64,000 nt of DNA from Nocardioidaceae bacterium (GTDB lineage Bacteria; Actinomycetota; Actinomycetes; Propionibacteriales; Nocardioidaceae). Positions 9,272 to 19,603 of the stretch are shown in pieces. The notes below the pieces were generated by a model that was not told the origin of the DNA, made no database searches, and saw only the letters and a list, made by a program, of their open reading frames with translations. The first letter of the stretch is position 1. Every line of letters begins with the position of its first letter. Where the stretch lies: positions 11,536 to 75,535 of the forward strand of contig DATGYO010000083.1 of NCBI GenBank assembly GCA_035297905.1. Direction: 5' to 3'. The position numbers were made by a program, and so were the translations under genes.

Positions 9272-10756
9272 TCAGGTCAGCTCGAGGCCGGGGTAGAGCG
9301 GGTACTTGTCGAGCATCTCCGCCGAGGCGGCCTTGGTGCGGTCGGCGATCCCGTCGGCGAGCGTGTAGTTGGCCTTGGACTGCTTCCCGTCCTTGGTCTG
9401 CTTCGGCGTGGTGTTCGACAGTACGTCGATCATCAGCTCGGCCACGCGGTCGAACTCGTCGTGGCCGAAACCGCGCGAGGTCAGGGCGGGTGTGCCGAGG
9501 CGGATGCCGGACGTGTACCACGCGCCGTTGGGGTCGGCCGGGATCGAGTTGCGGTTCGTCACGACACCTGCGTCGAGGAGGGCCGACTCGGCTTGCCGAC
9601 CGGTGAGGCCGAAGCCGGTCACGTCGAGCAGCACCAGGTGGTTGTCGGTGCCGCCCGTGACGAGCTTGGCACCGCGCTTGGTGAAGCCCTCGGCGAGTGA
9701 CTGGGCGTTGTCCGCGATGTTCTGGGCGTAGGTCGCGAACTCCGGCTGCCGCGCCTCGGCAAGGGCGACCGCCTTGGCCGCCATCACGTGCGACAGCGGC
9801 CCGCCCAGCACCATCGGACAGCCCCTGTCGACCGAGGGGGCGTACTCCTCCGTGGCGAGCACCAGGCCACCGCGCGGGCCGCGCAGGGACTTGTGGGTCG
9901 TGGTCGTCACGACGTGGGCATGAGGCACGGGGTTTTCGTCGCCCGTGAACACCTTGCCTGCCACGAGGCCGGCGAAGTGCGCCATGTCGACCATCAGGGT
10001 TGCTCCGACCTCGTCGGCGATCTCGCGCATCTTCGCGAAGTTCACGCGCCGCGGATAGGCGGAGTAGCCGGCGATCAGCACCAGCGGCTTGAACTCGCGC
10101 GCGGCCGCCGCGACCCGGTCGTAGTCGAGCAGACCCGTCTCCGGGTCGGTGCCGTAGCTGCGCTGGTGGAACATCTTGCCCGAGATGTTCGGGCGGAAGC
10201 CATGGGTGAGGTGGCCGCCCGCGTCGAGGGACATGCCGAGCATGCGCTGGTTGCCGAACTCGTGGCGAAGCTCCTCCCAGTCCGCCTCGGACAGGTCGTT
10301 GACGGTCTTCGCGCCGTACTTCTCGAGGCCGGGTGACTCGACGCGATGCGCGAGGATCGACCAGAACGCCACGAGGTTGGCGTCGATGCCGGAGTGCGGC
10401 TGTGCATAGGCGTACTCCGCGCCGAACAGCTCGCGGGCGTGCTCGGCGGCGATCGACTCGACGGTGTCGACGTTCTGGCAGCCGGCGTAGAACCGGTGGC
10501 CGATGGTGCCCTCGGCGTACTTGTCGCTGAGCCAGTTGCCCATCGTCAAGAGCACGGCCGGTGAGGCGTAGTTCTCGCTGGCGATGAGCTTGAGCGAGGA
10601 CCGCTGGTCGGTCAGCTCGGCCCGGATCGCGTCCGCGATGCGCGGTTCGACCGAGGAGATGACCTCCAGGGAGGAGTTGTAGGCGGCACTGGCGGTGGCT
10701 GCGAGACTTCCACCGGTCGTGGAGGCGGAGATTCCAGGTGAGGTCTGCTCGGTCAT
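9272..10756 (-). CDS. glyA: Serine hydroxymethyltransferase
   Basis: '[15 protein letters not shown]' and the PLP-lysine motif '[16 protein letters not shown]'. The protein has N- and C-terminal extensions relative to about 420-aa enzymes. Confidence 0.95.
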   Translation of the reverse strand: MTEQTSPGISASTTGGSLAATASAAYNSSLEVISSVEPRIADAIRAELTDQRSSLKLIASENYASPAVLLTMGNWLSDKYAEGTIGHRFYAGCQNVDTVESIAAEHARELFGAEYAYAQPHSGIDANLVAFWSILAHRVESPGLEKYGAKTVNDLSEADWEELRHEFGNQRMLGMSLDAGGHLTHGFRPNISGKMFHQRSYGTDPETGLLDYDRVAAAAREFKPLVLIAGYSAYPRRVNFAKMREIADEVGATLMVDMAHFAGLVAGKVFTGDENPVPHAHVVTTTTHKSLRGPRGGLVLATEEYAPSVDRGCPMVLGGPLSHVMAAKAVALAEARQPEFATYAQNIADNAQSLAEGFTKRGAKLVTGGTDNHLVLLDVTGFGLTGRQAESALLDAGVVTNRNSIPADPNGAWYTSGIRLGTPALTSRGFGHDEFDRVAELMIDVLSNTTPKQTKDGKQSKANYTLADGIADRTKAASAEMLDKYPLYPGLELT

Positions 10757-10993
10757 GACCGACAGCCTAGTGACCTATCGCGCCACAGGGCGCCCCCATC
10801 GCGTGGTCGGCGTCACATCCGGGCGCTGGAATGACGCGTGACGTCTCGCTATGTGGGCACGCGTCTCACATCATAGGATTCAGGTTTGTGGGACTGCCGT
10901 CCGTTACGTGAGACTCCTCGTCATGATCACTGCAGGTACCGACACGCGCCTCGTGGCTCGCCGCCACGTGGACCTCGGTCGTACCCGCAGCAT

Positions 10994-11069
10994 GATGTGT
11001 ATGCCCAAGCGCGCCGCCTGAACGCCCTCTGCAAACCCAGCCGGGCGCGCGGTCGCCGGCATACACATC
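10994..11069 (+). promoter_or_regulatory. Nested inverted repeat (putative leader stem-loop or operator) upstream of sirA
   Basis: Perfect 12-nt arms GATGTGTATGCC (10994-11005) and GGCATACACATC (11058-11069) enclose an inner GCGCGCC/GGCGCGC pair. The element ends about 60 nt before the sirA ATG. Confidence 0.4.
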
Positions 11070-11128
11070 TCGACAACGGCGTCGGGTGGTCGTCGATTCG
11101 TGCGTCTCTCGTCCCCAGGAACGCATTC

Positions 11129-12892
11129 ATGACTTCGAGCAACACCACCGCGCACAAGCCTGCCGGTCCCGGGAAGCCCACCCCGAGTGGTCCCGGCCGA
11201 GCCGCTCGACCCGCGCGTCCGCGCCGCGGCGAGGGGCAGTGGGCTCTCGGCTACCGCGAACCTCTCAACGCCAACGAGCAGTTCAAGAAGGACGACGACG
11301 CGCTCAACGTCCGCGCACGGATCGAGAACATCTACGCCCACCGCGGCTTCGACTCGATCGACCCGAACGACCTGCGTGGCCGGATGCGCTGGTGGGGGCT
11401 CTACACCCAGCGCAAGCCGGGCTTCGACGGCGGCAAGACCGGCGCGCTCGAGCCGCACGAGCTCGACGACCGCTTCTTCATGATGCGCGTGCGCACCGAC
11501 GGCGCCCTCCTGGGCCCGGAGCAGCTGCGCGCACTCGGGACGGCGTCCACGGAGTTCGCGCGTGACACCGCGGACATCACCGACCGGCAGAACATCCAGT
11601 ACCACTGGATCCAGGTGGAGGACGTCCCGGCGATCTGGCAGCGGCTCGAAGCCGTCGGGCTGGAGACACAGGAGGCCTGCGGCGACTCGCCCCGACCCTT
11701 CCTCGGCTCTCCAGTGGCCGGTGTCGCGGCCGACGAGATCATCGACGGCTCACCGGCCCTGCAGGAGATCAAGCGTCGTTTCATCGGCAACCCGGCGTTC
11801 TCGAACCTGCCGCGCAAGTTCAAGACCGCGGTCACCGGGCACCCGAGCCACGACGTGGCGCCCGAGGTCAACGACGTCGCTTTCGTCGGAACGGTGCATC
11901 CCGAGCACGGACCCGGCTTCGACCTCTGGGTCGGCGGTGGCCTCTCCACCAACCCGATGCTCGCCCAGAAGCTCGGGGTCTGGATCCCGCTCGACGAGGT
12001 CGCCGACGCCTGGGAGGGTGTGGCAGGCATCTTCCGCGACTACGGCTACCGGCGCCTGCGTTCTCGTGCGCGGCTGAAGTTCCTCGTCGCCGACTGGGGC
12101 CTCGAGAAGTTCCGTGAGGTGCTGGAGACCGAGTACCTCCACCGCACCCTGGTCGACTGCCCCTCCCCTGCCTCACCGCGCGTCGCGGGCGATCACGTCG
12201 GCGTCCACCGACAGCTGGACGGCGACTACTACGTCGGCGCAGCCCCTGTCGTCGGCCGGATCTCGGGCACCCTGCTGACCCGACTCGGGGACCTGGTCGA
12301 GGAGTACGACGCCCGAGGCGTCCGGCTCACGGCGTACCAGAAGCTCGTCGTCCTGGGCATCGCCCCGGACAGAGTGGAGTCCTTCGTCGAGGCCCTCGAG
12401 CGGATCGGCCTCTCGGCACGACCGAGCAACTGGCGCAAGAACACCATGGCCTGCACCGGCATCGAGTTCTGCAAGCTCGCGATCGTCGACACGAAGAACC
12501 GCGCTGCTGCCCTGGTCGACGAGCTCGAGCGCCGTTTCCCCGACCTCGACATCCCGATCACCGTCAACGTGAACGGCTGCCCCAACGCCTGCGCCCGCAC
12601 CCAGGTCGCGGACATCGGCCTCAAGGGCCAGCTCGTGCTCGACGCCGACGGCCGACAGGTCGAGGGATTCCAGGTTCACCTCGGCGGCGGCCTCGGCCTC
12701 GACCCGACCTTCGGCAAGAAGCTGCGGGCCCACAAGGTCACGAGCGCCGACCTCGACGACTACGTGACCGCCGTCGTACACGCGTTCCTCGCCGACCGCG
12801 AGGAGGACGAGACGTTCCAGGCCTGGGTGCTGCGAGCCGACGAGTCGCTGCTCCGCGGTGAGTCCCAGGTGGCTGTGGAGGCGACAGCATGA
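11129..12892 (+). CDS. sirA: Ferredoxin-dependent sulfite reductase (nitrite/sulfite reductase family)
   Basis: Siroheme/4Fe-4S cysteine clusters 'CTGIEFCKLA' and 'NGCPNACAR'. Start moved to 'MTSSNTT' (ATG 11129). Sits in a sulfate-assimilation context with cysH. Confidence 0.9.
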   Translation: MTSSNTTAHKPAGPGKPTPSGPGRAARPARPRRGEGQWALGYREPLNANEQFKKDDDALNVRARIENIYAHRGFDSIDPNDLRGRMRWWGLYTQRKPGFDGGKTGALEPHELDDRFFMMRVRTDGALLGPEQLRALGTASTEFARDTADITDRQNIQYHWIQVEDVPAIWQRLEAVGLETQEACGDSPRPFLGSPVAGVAADEIIDGSPALQEIKRRFIGNPAFSNLPRKFKTAVTGHPSHDVAPEVNDVAFVGTVHPEHGPGFDLWVGGGLSTNPMLAQKLGVWIPLDEVADAWEGVAGIFRDYGYRRLRSRARLKFLVADWGLEKFREVLETEYLHRTLVDCPSPASPRVAGDHVGVHRQLDGDYYVGAAPVVGRISGTLLTRLGDLVEEYDARGVRLTAYQKLVVLGIAPDRVESFVEALERIGLSARPSNWRKNTMACTGIEFCKLAIVDTKNRAAALVDELERRFPDLDIPITVNVNGCPNACARTQVADIGLKGQLVLDADGRQVEGFQVHLGGGLGLDPTFGKKLRAHKVTSADLDDYVTAVVHAFLADREEDETFQAWVLRADESLLRGESQVAVEATA

Positions 12893-13068
12893 GCGAGCGC
12901 GCCGTACCTTTCCACTGCCCCTACTGCGGCAACGAGGACCTCCGTCCGCACGAGGCCGCCGAGGGCTCGCCGCACGGCGCGTGGGAGTGCCGGGCCTGCC
13001 TACGCGCGTTCACGTTGAAGATGCTCGGCCTCATCGCGCCGCGGGGCGCCGAGGACGGTGCGCTATGA
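12889..13068 (+). CDS. Small zinc-ribbon protein (59 aa), absent from the ORF track
   Basis: MSERAVPFHCPYCGNEDLRPHEAAEGSPHGAWECRACLRAFTLKMLGLIAPRGAEDGAL, with CxxC...CxxC. Its ATG overlaps the sirA TGA (ATGA), and its TGA overlaps the cysH ATG (ATGA). High GC3. Confidence 0.6.
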   Translation: MSERAVPFHCPYCGNEDLRPHEAAEGSPHGAWECRACLRAFTLKMLGLIAPRGAEDGAL

Positions 13069-13811
13069 CCGCCGCGACGACGATGGCAGCGCGCCGCTTC
13101 CGCGGAACCACGACCGCCGGCCGCTCGCAGGAGGAGCTCAGGGACCTCGTCTCCCACGTCGGAGCCGAGCTGGAGCTCGCGCCGGCCGAGGTGATCATCG
13201 AGTGGGCCGTAGCCACCTTCGGGGAGCGGTTCTGCATCACCTCCTCGATGGCCGACGCGGTGCTCGCCCACCTCGCGTCGCGGGTGGCGCCAGGGGTCGA
13301 CGTGGTGTTCCTCGACACGGGCTACCACTTCGTCGAGACGATCGGGACACGCGACGCGGTCGAGGCCACGCTGCCGGTCAACCTCCGCACGATCAAGCCC
13401 GAGCAGACCGTCGAGGAGCAGGACGCGACGTACGGCAAGGACCTCTTCGCCCGCGACCCCGACCTGTGCTGCGCACTCCGCAAGGTGGCGCCGCTGAAGA
13501 AGAGCCTCGAGCAGTACGACGCCTGGGCGACTGGACTTCGCCGGGCAGAGACCCGTAACCGCGTCATCGCCCCTGTCGTTGGCTGGGACGAGAAGAAGCA
13601 GAAGGTGAAGGTCTCACCACTGGCTCGATGGAGCGACGAGGACGTGGAGCGGTACATCGCCGAGAACGGCGTGCTGGTCAACCCGCTCCAGTACGACGGC
13701 TATCCGTCCATCGGCTGCCTGCCGTGCACCCGCCGGGTCGAACCCGGAGCGGACAAGCGCAGCGGCCGCTGGTCGGGAACCGGCAAGACCGAGTGCGGGA
13801 TCCACGTATGA
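13065..13811 (+). CDS. cysH: APS/PAPS reductase (thioredoxin-dependent, Fe-S cluster type)
   Basis: 'DLCCALRKV' plus 'GCLPCT' cysteines (Fe-S type) and C-terminal 'KTECGIH' catalytic motif. Start at 'MTAATTM' (13065). Confidence 0.9.
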   Translation: MTAATTMAARRFRGTTTAGRSQEELRDLVSHVGAELELAPAEVIIEWAVATFGERFCITSSMADAVLAHLASRVAPGVDVVFLDTGYHFVETIGTRDAVEATLPVNLRTIKPEQTVEEQDATYGKDLFARDPDLCCALRKVAPLKKSLEQYDAWATGLRRAETRNRVIAPVVGWDEKKQKVKVSPLARWSDEDVERYIAENGVLVNPLQYDGYPSIGCLPCTRRVEPGADKRSGRWSGTGKTECGIHV

Positions 13812-13872
13812 ACACCTCATGCACCCGCGACCGGGACCGTAGTGACGCAGCACCGCCTTTCGAAGGGAGCCC

Positions 13873-14622
13873 TTGCTCATGACCGCACCCGCCCTGGTGG
13901 CATTGGCCCACGGCAGCCGTGACCCGCGCTCTGCTGCGACGATCCAGGCGCTCTGCGCCGAGGTCCGGAGCATGCGCCCTGACCTTCGGATCGAGGCGGC
14001 GTTCCTCGAGCACTCCAAGCCGTCGTTCACGACGGTCGTCGACAAGCTCGTTCGCGCGGGCTACGACGAGATCGTCGTCGTACCCCTGCTCCTCGCCCAG
14101 GCCTACCACGCCAAGGTCGACGTGCCCGCTGCCATCGCGGCAGCCGAGGCCAAGCACCAGAACCTCAAGGTGCGGGCGAGCCACATCCTCGGGCTCGAGA
14201 CCGTCTTCCTCGAGGTCCTCGACCGCCGTCTCCGCACAGCGTTGAAGGACGCACGTGTGCGTGAGCTGGACGCTCTCGTGCTGGCGGCGGCAGGCTCCTC
14301 GGACCCGCTCGCAAACCAGGCCGTGGCCCGGCTCGCCCGGCTCTGGGGCACCAAGCACAAGCTGCCCACTGTCGCCGCCTTCGCCTCGGCCGCTCCTCCG
14401 GCAACCGGCGAGGCCGTTCGGCAGTTCCGCGCCGAGGGCCGGCGTCACATCGCGGTCGGGTCGATGTTCCTGGCCCCCGGCACGCTGCCCGACCGGGCGG
14501 CGGAGCTCGCGCTCGAGGCGGGTGCCGTCGCGGTCTCCGCACCGCTCGGCGCCGACACCGAGGTCGCGCGGACGATCCTGGCCCGCTACGCCGTGGGAGC
14601 CGTCGAGCTCGTCCCTGTCTGA
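13873..14622 (+). CDS. Sirohydrochlorin ferrochelatase (CbiX/SirB family)
   Basis: 'LVALAHGSRDP' N-terminal CbiX signature and two-lobe repeat architecture. Lies immediately downstream of sirA-cysH. Confidence 0.75.
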   Translation: MLMTAPALVALAHGSRDPRSAATIQALCAEVRSMRPDLRIEAAFLEHSKPSFTTVVDKLVRAGYDEIVVVPLLLAQAYHAKVDVPAAIAAAEAKHQNLKVRASHILGLETVFLEVLDRRLRTALKDARVRELDALVLAAAGSSDPLANQAVARLARLWGTKHKLPTVAAFASAAPPATGEAVRQFRAEGRRHIAVGSMFLAPGTLPDRAAELALEAGAVAVSAPLGADTEVARTILARYAVGAVELVPV

Positions 14623-14654
14623 TCTGACGCGATGAGGTAGGTAGGCTCTCCCTC

Positions 14655-16049
<1,395 letters not shown>

Positions 16050-16110
16050 GCAGGCCTGCCTCGCAGACCGACGAAGACCGGCCACCCGGTCCGTTGGTCG
16101 ACTCCGGGGT

Positions 16111-16491
16111 TCAGCCAACCAGGCGGTCGAGGAGGTGGTCGAGCTGCCGGGCCGGGTCCGTGGTGAGCCCGCCGTGGATCGGCCCCGGTTGTACGACGGT
16201 GCTCCGGGGGGCGCTGAGGAAGCCGAACCTCGTGCCTAGCGGTGTGCGTCCCGCGGCCCCCACCGACTCGTCCCCACGGCAGACCGCCTCGACCGTGTCC
16301 AGCGCCGAGCGAACGGCGTCGAGGTCGAGCTCGGGGTCGATCGCCGCGAGGCGCCCGGGATCGACGTGGCATCGGGCATCGAGGAAGTCGGCCTGCTGGC
16401 AGTACAGCACCACGCCGACGTTGACGAACTCCTCCCGGTCCACGCGCGGGACGCACCGCAGCACGACGTACTGGAAACCCATGCCGGTCAT
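16111..16491 (-). CDS. DUF3037 domain protein
   Basis: 126 aa, 'MTGMGFQYVVLRCVPRVDREEFVNVGVVLY...'. Its ATG overlaps the stop of the upstream kinase gene (ATGA). The track ORF 16111..17706 is a shadow extension. Confidence 0.7.
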   Translation of the reverse strand: MTGMGFQYVVLRCVPRVDREEFVNVGVVLYCQQADFLDARCHVDPGRLAAIDPELDLDAVRSALDTVEAVCRGDESVGAAGRTPLGTRFGFLSAPRSTVVQPGPIHGGLTTDPARQLDHLLDRLVG

Positions 16492-17258
16492 GCGGCGCTC
16501 TCCGCAGGCAGCCAGGACCGCTCCCCCGACACCCGCGCGTGCAGGAAGTCGACGTAGGCCGAGCGAACCGCCTCGCCGCCGTCGGCACCCGGGGGCACTT
16601 CTAGCCACTCGGCCGGCACCTGCTCCACGACCTCCTGGAGCAAGGCGCGGGTCACGAGGGGCGCCAGCTCGGCATCGACCTCTGGCACCCCACGGAGGTA
16701 GGCCGCGAGCACGTGGTCGGAGGCGTCGTAGGGCTGTCGCGCGAAGCGCTCGGGGCTGCCGATTCCCTGGGACCAGCTGTGGTGGAAGTACAGGCAGGCG
16801 CCGTGGTCGATGGCCCACAGCTCCTTGTGCCAGACGAGGAGGTTCGGGTTGCGCCAGCTGCGGTCGACGTTGGCGGTGAGCGCGTCGAGCCAGATCACCC
16901 GGGCCGCTGCCGAGGGGTCCGGTGTGCATCCCGAGTCGAAGCCGAACGAGCCCGGGAGGAAGTCCACGCCGAGGTTCAGCCCCACACTCGCGGTGAGGAG
17001 ATCCTGGACCTCCTCGTCGGCTTCGTACTTCCCGATCGCGGCGTCGAGGTCGACGGCGACGAGCTCGGGCGTGTGGATGCCCAGGCGGCGCGCGAGCTCT
17101 CCCACGATGACCTCCGCGACCAGCACGCGCAGGCCCTGACCGGCGCCCCGGAACTTGCAGACGTAGGTGCCCAGGTCGTCGGCCTCCACGATGCCCGGGA
17201 GCGACCCTCCCTCGCGCAGCGGCGCGACGTAACGGGTGGCGGACACGGTCGGGATCAC
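16488..17258 (-). CDS. HipA-like (PI3/4-kinase fold) kinase family protein
   Basis: 256 aa with a GTG start. 'KFRGAGQG' is a nucleotide-loop-like segment. 'NVDRSWRNPNLLVW' is a HipA-type catalytic-loop analogue, and 'AIDHGACL' is DFG-like. Confidence 0.7.
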   Translation of the reverse strand: MIPTVSATRYVAPLREGGSLPGIVEADDLGTYVCKFRGAGQGLRVLVAEVIVGELARRLGIHTPELVAVDLDAAIGKYEADEEVQDLLTASVGLNLGVDFLPGSFGFDSGCTPDPSAAARVIWLDALTANVDRSWRNPNLLVWHKELWAIDHGACLYFHHSWSQGIGSPERFARQPYDASDHVLAAYLRGVPEVDAELAPLVTRALLQEVVEQVPAEWLEVPPGADGGEAVRSAYVDFLHARVSGERSWLPAESAA

Positions 17259-17284
17259 GCGGACAACCTACCGGCCACCGGCGC

Positions 17285-18142
17285 TCAGTCGTCGAAGCCC
17301 TCCTCGGCCAGCCGCTTCCGCTGCTCCTTGACGTCGTAGTCGGCCTCGGGCCAGCCGAGGTGCAGCGACTCGAGCGTCTCGAGCAGGATCTGTCCGATGG
17401 CCCAGTTGCGGTACCACTTCCGGTCGCTCGGCACGATGTGCCAGGGCGCGACCTCGGTGTTGGTCCGCTCGAGCGCGATCTCGTAGGCCTTCTGGTAGCT
17501 CGACCAGAGCTTGCGCTCGTCGATGTCTCCGGGGTTGAACTTCCAGTGCTTCGTGGGGTCGTCGAGCCGTGCGAGCAGACGTTCCTTCTGCTCGTCCGCG
17601 GAGATGTGGAGCATGCACTTGACGAGCTGCGTTCCGCCGTTGACGAGCTCGGCCTCGAAGTCGTTGATCGCGTCGTACCTCCGCTCGATCTCCTCCGGCG
17701 GCGCAAGCTCCCTCACACGGCCGATGAGCACGTCCTCGTAGTGCGACCGGTCGAAGATGCCGATCTGGCCGGGCTCGGGGAGCTCCCGACGCACCCGCCA
17801 CAGGAAGTCGTGAGCGAGCTCCTCGTCGGTGGGCTTGCCGAACGCCTTGATGCGCACGCCCTGGGGGTCGACGAGCGCCACCGCGTGTCGCAGCACGCCG
17901 CCCTTGCCCGCGGTGTCCATGCCTTGGAGCACCAGGAGGATCCTCCTGGTCTCACCCGAGCGTCCCTGGGCGAAGAGCATCTCCTGAAGCGTGGACAAGG
18001 AGGGCTCGAGGTCGGCGAGCGCCGCCTTGCCCTCGTCCTTGTCGCCGTCGAAACCCGGCGTCGCGGTGGTGTCGTAGGTGACGAGGGTCACCGGCCCCTT
18101 GGGAAGGGTCAACAGGTCGGTCAGACTTCCAGACGGGCTCAT
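17285..18142 (-). CDS. Polyphosphate kinase 2 family protein
   Basis: Walker A 'LQGMDTAGKGG', 'IFDRSHYEDV', and the C-terminal lid region 'WKFNPGDIDERKLW' typical of PPK2. Start moved to 'MSPSGSL' (18142). Confidence 0.85.
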   Translation of the reverse strand: MSPSGSLTDLLTLPKGPVTLVTYDTTATPGFDGDKDEGKAALADLEPSLSTLQEMLFAQGRSGETRRILLVLQGMDTAGKGGVLRHAVALVDPQGVRIKAFGKPTDEELAHDFLWRVRRELPEPGQIGIFDRSHYEDVLIGRVRELAPPEEIERRYDAINDFEAELVNGGTQLVKCMLHISADEQKERLLARLDDPTKHWKFNPGDIDERKLWSSYQKAYEIALERTNTEVAPWHIVPSDRKWYRNWAIGQILLETLESLHLGWPEADYDVKEQRKRLAEEGFDD

Positions 18143-18308
18143 GAGGCGATGATGCCCGACGAGTCCGATGTCACACCCTCGTACGCGTACAGACCAGTGT
18201 GCGAGGCCGCCGTAGCCTGAAACCACCAACCCTGGTGCGTGTCTCCCCCGTCGCGTGCCGGGGTTGGCTGCTGCTGCCAGACAGGGGTCGTGCGCTCACC
18301 GGGTCCCG

Positions 18309-18470
18309 CTACGTCAAGGACCGGTCACGAGCCAGACCCAGGATCGCGTCGATCTCCGACTGGGTGAGCCTGACGTTCGAGTCGTTCGCGGCGACCATCA
18401 GATGGGCCGTCAGCTCGACCTCTTCTCTGAGTGCGCTGTCGTGGAGGGATACGTTGAGGGAGTCCGTCAT
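18309..18470 (-). CDS. Candidate small protein (53 aa), absent from the ORF track
   Basis: MTDSLNVSLHDSALREEVELTAHLMVAANDSNVRLTQSEIDAILGLARDRSLT. GC3 is mostly G/C, but there is no clear SD. Lies between zapE and the PPK2 gene on the same strand. Confidence 0.3.
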   Translation of the reverse strand: MTDSLNVSLHDSALREEVELTAHLMVAANDSNVRLTQSEIDAILGLARDRSLT

Positions 18471-18552
18471 CACGTGAAGCAACGCTACGTCGGGATATCC
18501 CTACTGTCCTGGTTTCGCCTTGGTGCGTTGACCTCAGCGCCATACTCGACAC

Positions 18553-19566
18553 TCAGTCGCCGAGCCCGGCGCCCTCCCGCGCAAGAGCGTCCAGCCGGCT
18601 GATCGCGCGGTAGTACTTCTTCCGGTACCCGCCCTCGAGGAGCTCCGGTGCGAACATCTCGTCCATGCTCACCCCGCTGGCCACGACGGGTAGGTCGCGG
18701 TCGTACATCCGGTCCGCGAGCACGACGAGTCTCAGGGCGACGTTCTGGTCGCTGACCGTGTGGACGTCCTCGATGCAGACCACGCTGACGCCGTCGAGCA
18801 GAGCGCCGTACTTCGACGGGTGCACGTTGGCGAGATGGCGGGTCAGCGCCATGAAGTCGTCGAGGCTCGCGCCGTGCTGCTCCGCGCGGCTGAGCACGTC
18901 CTCGGGGGAGAACGCATCCGGCGCCTTGGGCAGGCCCCGGTGGCGGTAGTCCTCTCCGTCGATGCGCACCGACTCGAAGGACGCCGAGAGCCCCTGGATC
19001 TCCCGCATGAAGTCGTCGGTGGCGAACCTGCCTTCGCCCAGCCTCCCCGGCAAGGTGTTCGAGGTCGCGGCGAGCCGCACGCCGTGTTCCCTCAGGTTCC
19101 GGAGCAGGGTGGAGACCAGCACGGTGTCGCCCGGGTCGTCGAGCTCGAACTCGTCGATGCACACCAGCCGGTACGACGAGAGCGCGGTCACCGCGTCGTG
19201 GAAGCCGAGGGCCCCCACGAGATGGGTCAGCTCGACGAACGTCGCGAACAGCTTCGGCCCCGGCACGGCATGCCACAGGGACGCCAGCAGGTGGGTCTTG
19301 CCGACGCCGTAGCCACCGTCGAGGTAGACACCTCCGGGGCCACCGGGCTCGGGCGCCTTGCGGAACAGCCCCTTCTTCCTCGCCGGCCGGTTCAGCTCGT
19401 CGGCAAAGCTGCTGAGGACCTCGACCGCCTCCTTCTGCGACGGCTGGTCCGGGTCGGGCACGTAGGAGTCGAAGCTCACCTCGGCGAACCGAGGCGGAGG
19501 CACCAGCTCGGAGACGAGCCGGTCCTTCGACACATGTGGGTTGCGGGAGCTCAGGCGGATCGGCAC
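18553..19566 (-). CDS. zapE: Cell division protein ZapE (AFG1-like ATPase)
   Basis: Walker A 'GGYGVGKTHLLASL' and Walker B 'LVCIDEFELDD'. 337 aa. Confidence 0.85.
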   Translation of the reverse strand: MPIRLSSRNPHVSKDRLVSELVPPPRFAEVSFDSYVPDPDQPSQKEAVEVLSSFADELNRPARKKGLFRKAPEPGGPGGVYLDGGYGVGKTHLLASLWHAVPGPKLFATFVELTHLVGALGFHDAVTALSSYRLVCIDEFELDDPGDTVLVSTLLRNLREHGVRLAATSNTLPGRLGEGRFATDDFMREIQGLSASFESVRIDGEDYRHRGLPKAPDAFSPEDVLSRAEQHGASLDDFMALTRHLANVHPSKYGALLDGVSVVCIEDVHTVSDQNVALRLVVLADRMYDRDLPVVASGVSMDEMFAPELLEGGYRKKYYRAISRLDALAREGAGLGD

Positions 19567-19603
19567 CGCTCCAGCCTACGAGCCCGCCGCTACGCTGCCT
19601 GAC

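Noticed and set aside
10757-10885. Possible riboswitch (ZTP/pfl or other folate- or one-carbon-related) in the glyA 5' leader.
   Set aside because: Reading the minus strand, I found neither the conserved pfl elements (e.g. CCGCCTGGGC, ACTGGCG) nor any other familiar riboswitch core. There is only a weak 6-bp hairpin. Worth a cmsearch, but there is no visible support.
16492-17706. The upstream 400+ codons of the 531-aa track ORF 16111..17706.
   Set aside because: Only the last 126 codons (DUF3037) look real. The remainder is Arg/Pro-rich and overlaps the well-supported HipA-like kinase and PPK2 genes in other frames.
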